From: an uncultured Burkholderiales bacterium
Lineage (GTDB): Bacteria; Pseudomonadota; Gammaproteobacteria; Burkholderiales; JAEUOS01
DNA: 64,000 nt
Reading direction: 5' to 3'
Assembly: GCA_964443245.1 (NCBI GenBank)
Contig: CAYUEG010000005.1
Location: 45 to 64,044, forward strand
Positions within the stretch are counted from its first letter, which is position 1, and every line of letters starts with the position of its first letter. This document shows positions 9,962 to 17,885 of the stretch, piece by piece. The notes under the pieces were generated by a model, which did not search any database, was not told where the DNA came from, and saw nothing but the letters and a program-made list of their open reading frames with translations. The position numbers were made by a program, and so were the translations under genes.

Positions 9962-10414
9962 TCATTCCCGGGGGCGACTGTAGCGAAACGTTTGTATGCC
10001 CTCTTGCGTGCTGACAAGCGCAAAACCGGTAGTCTGGTGCAGCCTGATTGATGCAATGTTGTCCTCAAGAATTTCGGCAGTCAGATTCTCATGCAACCGT
10101 TGCGCATGACGAACCATGCGGGTGGCAATGCCGCGCCCACGGCAGGATTCGTCCACCGCTTCGGTAATCAGCGTAGTCGACCCTTCGTGGCGCAGCAACA
10201 GATAACCGGCACGCCGGGTACCCAGGCACGCGATGTAAACATCCATATTGGCTGGCTGACGAAGATAAAAGCGCAACTGCGCCAGATAACTGATCGAGCC
10301 GGTATGATTTGTCATGCTCAACCTGACGCTGTTGCGCAGGCTTCTGAGAAACAGATAGTCGGCCAGAGAGCGGGCGCGGCGAATTTCAATTTGTGAGTGT
10401 TCTGAATCAGTCAT
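9962..10414 (-). CDS. GNAT family N-acetyltransferase
   Basis: ORF 9962..10519, probably starting at ATG 10414 (150 aa). It has an acetyl-CoA-binding motif of the R/Q-x-x-G-x-G/A type (CRGRGIATRMV). Upstream in-frame ATGs would only enlarge the overlap with the divergent gene. Confidence 0.75.
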   Translation of the reverse strand: MTDSEHSQIEIRRARSLADYLFLRSLRNSVRLSMTNHTGSISYLAQLRFYLRQPANMDVYIACLGTRRAGYLLLRHEGSTTLITEAVDESCRGRGIATRMVRHAQRLHENLTAEILEDNIASIRLHQTTGFALVSTQEGIQTFRYSRPRE

Positions 10415-11555
10415 GGCCAAAGTACCCAAAAACGATCTGCCCCTGATGGCCGTAGAAGAAGGCATTGTCCTGTTCCATCCACACATGCCAAGGAAAGCCA
10501 AGGAGTATGTGTGCGACACGCTGGATAGCCGCTGGATCGGTCAAGGCCCGAAAGTCGACCTGTTCGAGGCACGTTTCCGTGCCCAGTTCGACCAGCCCGG
10601 CCCGTGCGTTTCGACCGGTTCGGGAACGGACGCCTTGCATCTGGCATACATCCTGGCCGGCATCCAGCCGGGGCACGAAGTGCTGGTGCCCCTGTTCACC
10701 TGCACGGCAACCAATCTGCCGCTCCTGTACATCGGCGCCAAGCCCGTCTTTGTCGACGTCGATCCGGTCACGCTGAACATATCCGTGCCCGATTTGCGGC
10801 GCAAGATATCCGACAAAACCCGTGCGATCGTGTGTGTGCACTATGGTGGACTGCCCTGTGACATGGCGGAAATCCGGGCTCTGGCGGAGGAGTATTCGAT
10901 TCCGGTTATCGAAGATGCAGCTCACGCTCTGGGCGCGCGCTATGATGGCAAGCCGATCGGAGCGATCTCTGAATTTACCATGTACAGTTTTCAGGCGATC
11001 AAGCACCTCACCACTGGCGATGGTGGACTGCTGACCTTCCTGGATGCCAGCCTGGACCCGATGGCCCGGCGCTTGCGCTGGTTCGGCATTGATCGGGCCA
11101 ACAAGCAAAAAGGGATCTGGGAAAACGACATCACGGAGATCGGATTCAAGTATCAGTTGACTGATATCGGCGCTGCCATCGGCCTGGCCGGGCTGGAAGA
11201 GTTCGACGAGACCCTGGCGTATCGCAGGCGACTCTACCAGCGCTATCTCGCCAACCTGGCGGGTGTGGCGCATGTGCAGATCGTCAATGATTTTGACCCG
11301 CGCAAGGAGCATGCGGCCTGGTTGTTCACCATCATGGTGGAGCGCCGTGTCGATTGCCAGATGAAGCTGCGCAGCCGGCGGATCGAGTCGGGCCAGACCC
11401 ATTATCGTAATGACCGATACTCGGTGTTCGCCTGCACGGAGGAATTTCCGGCAATGGATTCGATTGACGACAAGTATCTGATCCTGCCCCTGCATACCAG
11501 GATGACCATCGAGGATGTGGACCTTGTTTGCGAAGTGCTCAAGGAGGGCTGGTAA
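10413..11555 (+). CDS. DegT/DnrJ/EryC1/StrS family PLP-dependent sugar aminotransferase
   Basis: 380 aa. GSGTDALHLA and the PLP-lysine region SFQAIKHLTTGDGG are characteristic. The 391-aa antisense ORF 10407..11582 has no recognisable motifs. Confidence 0.9.
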   Translation: MAKVPKNDLPLMAVEEGIVLFHPHMPRKAKEYVCDTLDSRWIGQGPKVDLFEARFRAQFDQPGPCVSTGSGTDALHLAYILAGIQPGHEVLVPLFTCTATNLPLLYIGAKPVFVDVDPVTLNISVPDLRRKISDKTRAIVCVHYGGLPCDMAEIRALAEEYSIPVIEDAAHALGARYDGKPIGAISEFTMYSFQAIKHLTTGDGGLLTFLDASLDPMARRLRWFGIDRANKQKGIWENDITEIGFKYQLTDIGAAIGLAGLEEFDETLAYRRRLYQRYLANLAGVAHVQIVNDFDPRKEHAAWLFTIMVERRVDCQMKLRSRRIESGQTHYRNDRYSVFACTEEFPAMDSIDDKYLILPLHTRMTIEDVDLVCEVLKEGW

Positions 11556-11608
11556 TCTGGTTGCGCCGTTGCCGCTGGGCAACCGCCTGAACTCCCCCTA
11601 CCCGTGCC

Positions 11609-13336
11609 ATGTTGTTGTCCAGTCTTTTCAAGCAGCTTTGGCGCAAGCGCGGCGGTGACCGGCAAGCGCCGGCCCTTCCCGGTTCCGAGTCCGCCAATGC
11701 CGCCACACTGGAGGCGGTACGACATTTCGAAAGCGGTGAATTCACCAAGGCGCAGGACCAGGCAGCCGCAGCGGTAAAGCGCGATCCTCGATGCCATCCG
11801 GCCTGGAATCTTCTGGGAGCAATTGCCGCCGCCAATGGCATGAACGAGATGGCAATACGGCACTTCGAGCGTGCCATTGCAATCGAACCTGCCAACGCCG
11901 ACTATCTGAGCAACTGCGGAGAGGCGTGTCGTCGCGCCGGGTGGCTGGACGACGCCGTAGCCAATTGCCGCACCGCGCTCACTGCCAATCCCGGACACCT
12001 GGGTGCCCGCTACAACCTGGCCCTGGCGCTGCATGCGATGGGCGAGGTCGAGTCAGCCCGCGATGTGCTGGTGACCGCCCTTGCCATCAGCCCCGATGAC
12101 CGCAGGTCACACACGGCCCTGCTTTTTTTGCTGTGCCATCATCCAGACATCGAGGGTGCCACGCTGCTTGCAGAACATCGGAACTGGAACGAGCGCCACG
12201 CCCGCAACCTCGTACCCAACCGCGCTCGGAGCACAACCGCTTTCAATCCGGACCGAAAGTTGCGCATCGGCTATGTATCGGGTGATTTCCGCCGACATTC
12301 GCTTTCGTACTTCATCGAACCGCTTTTCGCCAATCATGATCGTCTGCGCTTCGAGGTGTTTTGCTACAGCAATACCCGGAAAACGGATGACGTAACTGAC
12401 CAGTTGCGCAGCCAGGTGTCGCAGTGGCGCGACATCCGTACGCTATCCGATGAGGCCGCGGCGGCGCTGGTCATGCAGGACGGCATCGATATCCTGATCG
12501 ATTTGTCGGGGCACACGGCTGATAGCCGTCTGCTCATGTTCGCGCGCAAGCCTGCGCCAGTGCAAATGTCCTACCTCGGCTATCCCAATACCACTGGGCT
12601 GACCGCCATGGACTTCCGCGTTACCGATGCGTATATGGATCCCCTGGTTCTTGCCGAGCCTCTGTACGTCGAGAAACTGCTCCGCATGCCGCACAGCCTG
12701 TGGTGCTACAGGCCACCTGCGGATGCACCCGAAGTGAATCCGCTGCCAGCGCTCATCGGCAACAGAATGACATTCGGTTCGCTGCACAGCTTTACCAAAC
12801 TCAACCGTGCGGTCATCCAGACGTGGGCAAAGATACTTGCCTCTCTTCCCGATGCGGATCTGGTGATTGCCGGTGCGCCCGAAGGGGAGACAAGATCCCG
12901 CTTGACCGGACAGTTCGCAGCACATGGGGTTGAACCGGACCGCATCCAGCTGGTGGGAAAACAGAACTTCGACGATTACCTGAAGCTCTACCATCGCATC
13001 GACATAGGCCTTGATGCCTTCCCTTACAACGGCGGAACCACAACTTGCGAATCACTCTGGATGGGCGTTCCTGTGATTACCCTGGCGGGCGCTTATGGAG
13101 TGGCACGGGCCGGTGTCAGCCTTCTCACCACTGCGGACTTGCCCGAACTGATCGCGCCAACACGCGAACGGTACGTTGAGATCGCGGTGAATCTGGCCAG
13201 GGATCCCCGGCGCCTCGCCGCACTGCGCAGCGGTTTGCGCGAGCGCATGCAGCAGTCTCCTTTGATGAACGAGACGGCCTTTACCCGCGCCTTCGAGGCG
13301 ATGCTGCACGATGCCATGAACGGAGTCCGGCAGTAA
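11609..13336 (+). CDS. TPR-repeat protein fused to a GT41 (SPINDLY/OGT-like, COG3914-type) glycosyltransferase domain
   Basis: 575 aa. The N-terminus carries TPR repeats (AWNLLGAIAAANGMNEMAIRHFERAIAIEPANADY...). The C-terminus has RIGYVSGDFRRHS...DILIDLSGHT...YLGYPNTTG, typical of bacterial OGT-like enzymes. Confidence 0.85.
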   Translation: MLLSSLFKQLWRKRGGDRQAPALPGSESANAATLEAVRHFESGEFTKAQDQAAAAVKRDPRCHPAWNLLGAIAAANGMNEMAIRHFERAIAIEPANADYLSNCGEACRRAGWLDDAVANCRTALTANPGHLGARYNLALALHAMGEVESARDVLVTALAISPDDRRSHTALLFLLCHHPDIEGATLLAEHRNWNERHARNLVPNRARSTTAFNPDRKLRIGYVSGDFRRHSLSYFIEPLFANHDRLRFEVFCYSNTRKTDDVTDQLRSQVSQWRDIRTLSDEAAAALVMQDGIDILIDLSGHTADSRLLMFARKPAPVQMSYLGYPNTTGLTAMDFRVTDAYMDPLVLAEPLYVEKLLRMPHSLWCYRPPADAPEVNPLPALIGNRMTFGSLHSFTKLNRAVIQTWAKILASLPDADLVIAGAPEGETRSRLTGQFAAHGVEPDRIQLVGKQNFDDYLKLYHRIDIGLDAFPYNGGTTTCESLWMGVPVITLAGAYGVARAGVSLLTTADLPELIAPTRERYVEIAVNLARDPRRLAALRSGLRERMQQSPLMNETAFTRAFEAMLHDAMNGVRQ

Positions 13337-13378
13337 ACACGGTGCCCACACCTGCGCGCAAAGCAGGCCGACGCCTGG

Positions 13379-14107
13379 TCACGGCCTTTTCCGCAGCGTG
13401 ATATCGCCGTACCAAGCGGTGGCCACTTCGCCAGTCTGATCAGTATCGGTCATGATGGCGATTCCCAGCACCGGCGGTGGTTCCTCCTTGAAGGCCCGTT
13501 TGTAGTCTTCGTAGACATTGCGCTCGACCTCGATCCATTCGCCGACGCGTTTCGCGCCCGACTCGACCACGAACATCATGGCCCTTGACGTGTAAGCATT
13601 GGGCACCATCGTACCGACCGGCGCCTTGCCATCCCACACATAGTTGATGCCCGCGTGCGGCGGGTAGTCGCCATAGAGCGCCTTGGCCATGCCGTATTGC
13701 ATGCGCATTCCTGCACCGGCTTTCTCGGGATCGTAGCGGAAGGTGACATAGATGCGTGCCGGGTAATCATCGCCCTCCCTGGCATGAATGTCGGCGTTCT
13801 TGACGAGATTGGCGACTTTCCAGCGCCATCTGAGGATGGGCGTGTCACGGATGTTGAGGTTCAGCGCGGATAGGTCACGCGTCAAGCCGGACGCGGAGGC
13901 ATTCGCCTCGGCCTTGAGCACCGTCACCCCGCCTTCTGAAGTCAGCGAGTAGGTGGTGTGCTTGTCCGTGTTGCGGAACGTCAGCGCCTTCCAGCCTTGT
14001 GGCATCGCCCCCGCCTTCTCGGCAGAAAACTTGCCCGCTTCAATGACCTCTTGCGCCAGTGCCAGGCTCTGGTGCACGAGCAGCAGCAGGACCAGCAGGG
14101 CTTTCAT
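13379..14107 (-). CDS. Secreted DUF3047-like protein
   Basis: 242 aa with a signal peptide (MKALLVLLLLVHQSLALAQ). VLKAEANASASGL...PILRWRWKV...GDDYPARIYVTF matches my recollection of the DUF3047 family. Its start overlaps the upstream stop (ATGA). Confidence 0.6.
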   Translation of the reverse strand: MKALLVLLLLVHQSLALAQEVIEAGKFSAEKAGAMPQGWKALTFRNTDKHTTYSLTSEGGVTVLKAEANASASGLTRDLSALNLNIRDTPILRWRWKVANLVKNADIHAREGDDYPARIYVTFRYDPEKAGAGMRMQYGMAKALYGDYPPHAGINYVWDGKAPVGTMVPNAYTSRAMMFVVESGAKRVGEWIEVERNVYEDYKRAFKEEPPPVLGIAIMTDTDQTGEVATAWYGDITLRKRP

Positions 14108-14751
14108 TGCGCCAACCGTTCCAGAAGATGCGCCAACTGCGGATCCGCCGCCAGGCGCCTGACGTCTTCAGGGGAATCGATATCCGGCAACTTGCGCAAC
14201 GCCGAGAGATTGGCCCGCACGCGGATGGCAGCAGCGTGCGTCGCCGACATCACCTTGCCTGAACCCCAGGGAATGCCCGCATAAAGCTCCGGCACCGCAC
14301 GCTTCAAACCCGTGAGGACATAGCCACCGTCTTCGGCCGGGCCAAACACGGCATCGGCATACCGTAACTGGTCGAACGCATCGGCAATATCGTCACGCGT
14401 GAGCCATGGGCAGTCCGTCCCCACGAGGACCGGCAACTCACCGGCCGCGAGAGCGCCACACAGCGCCAGCCACATGCGCGCACCGAGACCTGCGCCGGTC
14501 TGTTCCCGCAGCACGACCCCAAAGTCACGCACGCAGTCGGCAAAGAACGGATGCGAAGGCTCGCCTGCACACCAAAGTTCAACGCGCCCATCGGGCGTGC
14601 TGGTGGACCATTCTCGCGCCACCTGAAGGCAGTGGCGCACCAGGCGCCCATGCAGGATGGCCGCCCCTTCGGCACCCAGGGCAGGGATGAGTCGCGTCTT
14701 GCAGGCACCGGCAACGGGCGCCCTGGCAAACACCTGGAGTACCGGGCTCAT
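14104..14751 (-). CDS. DUF2064 / TIGR04282-type glycosyltransferase-like protein
   Basis: 215 aa. It has the N-terminal VFARAPVAGACKTRL motif and later TDCP and GPAEDGGY motifs, typical of DUF2064 (GT-A/nucleotidyltransferase-like fold). Confidence 0.7.
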   Translation of the reverse strand: MSPVLQVFARAPVAGACKTRLIPALGAEGAAILHGRLVRHCLQVAREWSTSTPDGRVELWCAGEPSHPFFADCVRDFGVVLREQTGAGLGARMWLALCGALAAGELPVLVGTDCPWLTRDDIADAFDQLRYADAVFGPAEDGGYVLTGLKRAVPELYAGIPWGSGKVMSATHAAAIRVRANLSALRKLPDIDSPEDVRRLAADPQLAHLLERLAQ

Positions 14752-14758
14752 GGAATGG

Positions 14759-15235
14759 TCATGCGTAAGCGATCCAGCGGCCGCAGGCGATCACCGCGAC
14801 CCACAGCACGATGGAAGCCGACGCCATGGCACGCGCACTGGCTGGCGCCGACGTGGCCGATTCCCATTCGGCCACGTGCACATAGGGCCCGGTATGAAAC
14901 ACGGCGGCATTGATGCCGGCCAGAAAGATCAGGCCCAGTTTCAGGATAAAGACCCGATTGCCGATCAGATCTACGGCATGGGCGATGAACAGCAGCAGCC
15001 CGCTGGCAGCCGCAATCGCAAAGCCCAGCAAGGTCAGCGGCAGCACATGGCTGGCAAGCTGGCGCAAGGACAAGCTGCGCGAGAGACCCAGAATCCGCAG
15101 GTCGACCATCAGGATGGAGCCGAACAGGACCGCAATGGCGAGGATGTGGATGGTCTCCACCAGAGGAAACGCCCATGCGTTGCCGCGCAGAAAGACGGCC
15201 AGCGGCAGCTGGTGGAGGGTCTGGCCGATATCCAT
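14759..15235 (-). CDS. Uncharacterised 4-TM inner-membrane protein (recalls the DUF6644 family; unverified)
   Basis: 158 aa with four hydrophobic segments. WAFPLVETIHILAIAVLFGSILMVDLRILGL is a conserved-looking first TM motif. Confidence 0.55.
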   Translation of the reverse strand: MDIGQTLHQLPLAVFLRGNAWAFPLVETIHILAIAVLFGSILMVDLRILGLSRSLSLRQLASHVLPLTLLGFAIAAASGLLLFIAHAVDLIGNRVFILKLGLIFLAGINAAVFHTGPYVHVAEWESATSAPASARAMASASIVLWVAVIACGRWIAYA

Positions 15236-15305
15236 GTTCAGGTTGGGCGATGCGACATGCAGGAAGACCGTTTCGGCCGTGGCGGCAAGCCTGGTGGCCG
15301 AATCG

Positions 15306-15704
15306 CTACCGCAGTTCGGTCGGTTTGCCGTTCACGATGATCCGCTCCACACGCAGTTCATCTTTCTTCGTGGTGCTCGGGTAGCCGACCAGCGTGACCG
15401 TGGAGCCGACCTTGACCATCTCGCTGTTCATGCCGCGTGCCTCCATCCGGAACACCGGCGCCAGCCAGGCAAACCAGGTCCGGTCGGTTGTCTTCAGACG
15501 CAAGGTTGCATGGGGATTCTCGTACTTTGACTCCACAATCGTGCCCGTCAGGGTCAGTTCCTTGGTGTTGTCATAGTCGCTCCAGCCGTGGTGAGCGAGT
15601 GCCACGCCAGACCCGGAGGACAGCAAGGCAAGCACGACAAGACCGGTCCGGGGCACGGCATTGACCCATGAGGGGATAAGCAAACGCAGGTAACGAGCAA
15701 ACAT
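15306..15704 (-). CDS. Small secreted protein with predicted mature N-terminus His-His (recalls the DUF6152 family; unverified)
   Basis: ORF 15306..15914 trimmed to ATG 15704 (132 aa), 11 nt after the upstream stop. The signal peptide is ...LLSSGSGVALA followed by HHGWSDYD. The remainder is beta-rich. Confidence 0.6.
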   Translation of the reverse strand: MFARYLRLLIPSWVNAVPRTGLVVLALLSSGSGVALAHHGWSDYDNTKELTLTGTIVESKYENPHATLRLKTTDRTWFAWLAPVFRMEARGMNSEMVKVGSTVTLVGYPSTTKKDELRVERIIVNGKPTELR

Positions 15705-15715
15705 GGGAGTCCTTT

Positions 15716-16783
15716 CTAGCGCAGCGATGGCAAGGTTTGATGAAGTTGTCGGACACGCTCGGCACGCGGCAGCTCGGCCAGCGCCTTTACCCGGGCGTGA
15801 AAAGCAGGCATGTTGCCACGTTCTTCTTCGATCATGCGGGCAAAGGCAGGCACCGAATCCGTGTAGACCGCAACCGAGCCCAGGCGCGCATTGTTGAGGT
15901 CGCGCTCGAACCATGCGTCGTACGCGCGAGCCTCGCCGTCGGCAAGATTCCAGCCGGCACGCAACTGCCGATACGCAAGCTTGAGGTCGGCCAACGCCGT
16001 CGCCTTGCCGGCACGCTTGGCCGCATCATCCCCCGCTCCTGCGTAGACCGCCGCCAGACTGGCACGGCCACGCATCATGAGGGCCACCAGTTCTTTCTGC
16101 CGTAAACGAAAGCGCTCATATTCCGCCACCTGCGCCGGTGTTGCCTCGCTGCGCATCCAGCGGCGCAGGCCTTCTTCCTCCACCGCCACGGCGTAGGATT
16201 CATTGAACGTGGCGTCGTCACGGGCGTAGGCCACCTGGTGCGCCAGTTCGTGGAAGATCAGGCGGGCAATGTCCAGATCCGGCAAGTGCATGAAGGTATT
16301 GAGCAGCGGATCATCGAACCAGCCCAGGGTCGAGTAGGCAGGCACCCCGCCGGTATAGACGTCGTCGCCCGCCTGACGCAGCATGGCGGCGTGTGCCTCC
16401 GCATCCGCCTTTGAAAAGTAACCCCGATAAGGCACACAGCCGGCGACCGGAAAGCACTGCGTCTTGAGGTCCAGAGAAAGTTCGGGAGCCGCGAAAACGT
16501 TCCAGACCACGTAAGGCCGCTTGACGTCAGCGTAGATGCGGTAACTGCGGTTGTCCGGCAAGCCCAGTTCGCGAGTGGCAAACTCGCGCGCGCGCGCTGC
16601 ATAGGCCAGCTTGCGCTTCAGCTCCGGGCCAGTGTTGCTATCTGCCAGCACCTCTTCGACCGGACGTGACAGGCGCCTTACCTCCATCTGGCCGCTGAAT
16701 GCCTGCCAGTAGTAGGAAATGGCGGTACAACCCGACAGGGTACTTGCCGCCAACAACAAGGCAATCAGCTTCAAGCGACGCAT
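15716..16783 (-). CDS. Lipoprotein zinc aminopeptidase (COG4324/'putative aminopeptidase' family)
   Basis: 355 aa with a lipobox (LLAASTLSGC) and the HExxH motif FHELAHQ. The conserved CFPVAGCVPYRGYF and AYSTLGWFDDP segments are typical of this family. Confidence 0.7.
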   Translation of the reverse strand: MRRLKLIALLLAASTLSGCTAISYYWQAFSGQMEVRRLSRPVEEVLADSNTGPELKRKLAYAARAREFATRELGLPDNRSYRIYADVKRPYVVWNVFAAPELSLDLKTQCFPVAGCVPYRGYFSKADAEAHAAMLRQAGDDVYTGGVPAYSTLGWFDDPLLNTFMHLPDLDIARLIFHELAHQVAYARDDATFNESYAVAVEEEGLRRWMRSEATPAQVAEYERFRLRQKELVALMMRGRASLAAVYAGAGDDAAKRAGKATALADLKLAYRQLRAGWNLADGEARAYDAWFERDLNNARLGSVAVYTDSVPAFARMIEEERGNMPAFHARVKALAELPRAERVRQLHQTLPSLR

Positions 16784-16789
16784 GCGGCG

Positions 16790-17485
16790 TTACCTGAAAG
16801 AACCCGTCTCGACAAACCGGATCATGTGTCGTACCACCTGGTGCGATATCAGGAGACCGGTATGACCCACCGGCAAGACCAGATGTTCGCGCGCCCCTGC
16901 CACCTGCGTTTCGGCCACGCTCACGGTGCCATCGTGCGGCTTGGGCAGGCGTGGTGCCAGCACCCGGCCCAGACCCAGCCTCGAATCGCCCGCGATCACT
17001 CCCAGATCGATGTGAGGCGGCACCACCGGCCGCGGCCCCGAGAGCCAGTCCTGGAGCGGCTTTCCAGCCAGTATGTTGCCAAGACCCTTGTCCACCAAGG
17101 CTTTCCCGGCATGGGACCCCTGAAATGGCGGCCCTGCCAGCACAATCCTGCCGAGTGATTTGCCCGGTATGGCCCAGCCGGCCTCCGCCAGCATCGAGAC
17201 GATCGTCACCGCGCCCAAACTATGCCCGGCAAAATGGATGGTCTGGTGCGGCAGCCCCAGTACAAAGCGCAGCAGCGCGGCACGATTCTGTGCCAACGTG
17301 GCGCGTACGGTCGGGTACGAAAACGACCGGGCGGCATAGCCGGCCGCAGAAAACTGGGTACGCCAGTAGCGCATCGCAAATCCGGACAACCACAGGCCGT
17401 GCACACACACCACGGCCTGCGCTTCGGCCTGTGCTGCGGCCGGGGATGCGGGCGTCGCTTCCATGTTCCTTCCTACCACGCCCAC
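16790..17485 (-). CDS. Alpha/beta hydrolase (lipase/esterase-like)
   Basis: 231 aa with an oxyanion-region VCVHGLW and the nucleophile elbow GHSLGA. An alternative start is ATG 17464. Confidence 0.75.
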   Translation of the reverse strand: MGVVGRNMEATPASPAAAQAEAQAVVCVHGLWLSGFAMRYWRTQFSAAGYAARSFSYPTVRATLAQNRAALLRFVLGLPHQTIHFAGHSLGAVTIVSMLAEAGWAIPGKSLGRIVLAGPPFQGSHAGKALVDKGLGNILAGKPLQDWLSGPRPVVPPHIDLGVIAGDSRLGLGRVLAPRLPKPHDGTVSVAETQVAGAREHLVLPVGHTGLLISHQVVRHMIRFVETGSFR

Positions 17486-17507
17486 GACATTTCCCGCGCG
17501 TGGCGAA

Positions 17508-17885
17508 TCACTTCGTCAATCCCAACGAAAACAAGACCACCACGACACCGAAAAACACCATGAGCGCGGGAGTCAACACGGCGGTCACAATGGTGACCCG
17601 CTCAGCCTCGGCCGGATCATCGGGATTGACGGCCACTTCGACCTTCTGGCCCACCTTCAAACGCTGGTGATAAGGCATGCGCGAGACAAAGCGGTGGGCA
17701 TCCCCCTTGGCATCGACGTACTCAATCTCCGGGCAGCGCGACACCGTGACCTTGACCAGCGCTACCACCGTGCCCTGCACACGCGGCCACTTGCGCAGCT
17801 TCTGCCAGGAGAGGTGCACGAACCCCACGCCCATCGCGATGAACAGCAGGCCGGCAAACAGGGGCCAATTGGAAAAGGGCGTCAT
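17508..17885 (-). CDS. DUF3592-like two-TM membrane protein
   Basis: ORF 17508..18011 trimmed to ATG 17885, which overlaps the upstream stop (ATGA), giving 125 aa. The layout is TM, beta-rich segment (WPRVQGTVVALV...EIEYVDAKGDAHRF...), then TM. Confidence 0.6.
   Translation of the reverse strand: MTPFSNWPLFAGLLFIAMGVGFVHLSWQKLRKWPRVQGTVVALVKVTVSRCPEIEYVDAKGDAHRFVSRMPYHQRLKVGQKVEVAVNPDDPAEAERVTIVTAVLTPALMVFFGVVVVLFSLGLTK

Noticed and set aside
10407-11582. 391-aa minus-strand ORF that would remove the head-to-head overlap problem
   Set aside because: The plus-strand frame carries the DegT PLP-lysine and other family motifs. The minus-strand product has none.
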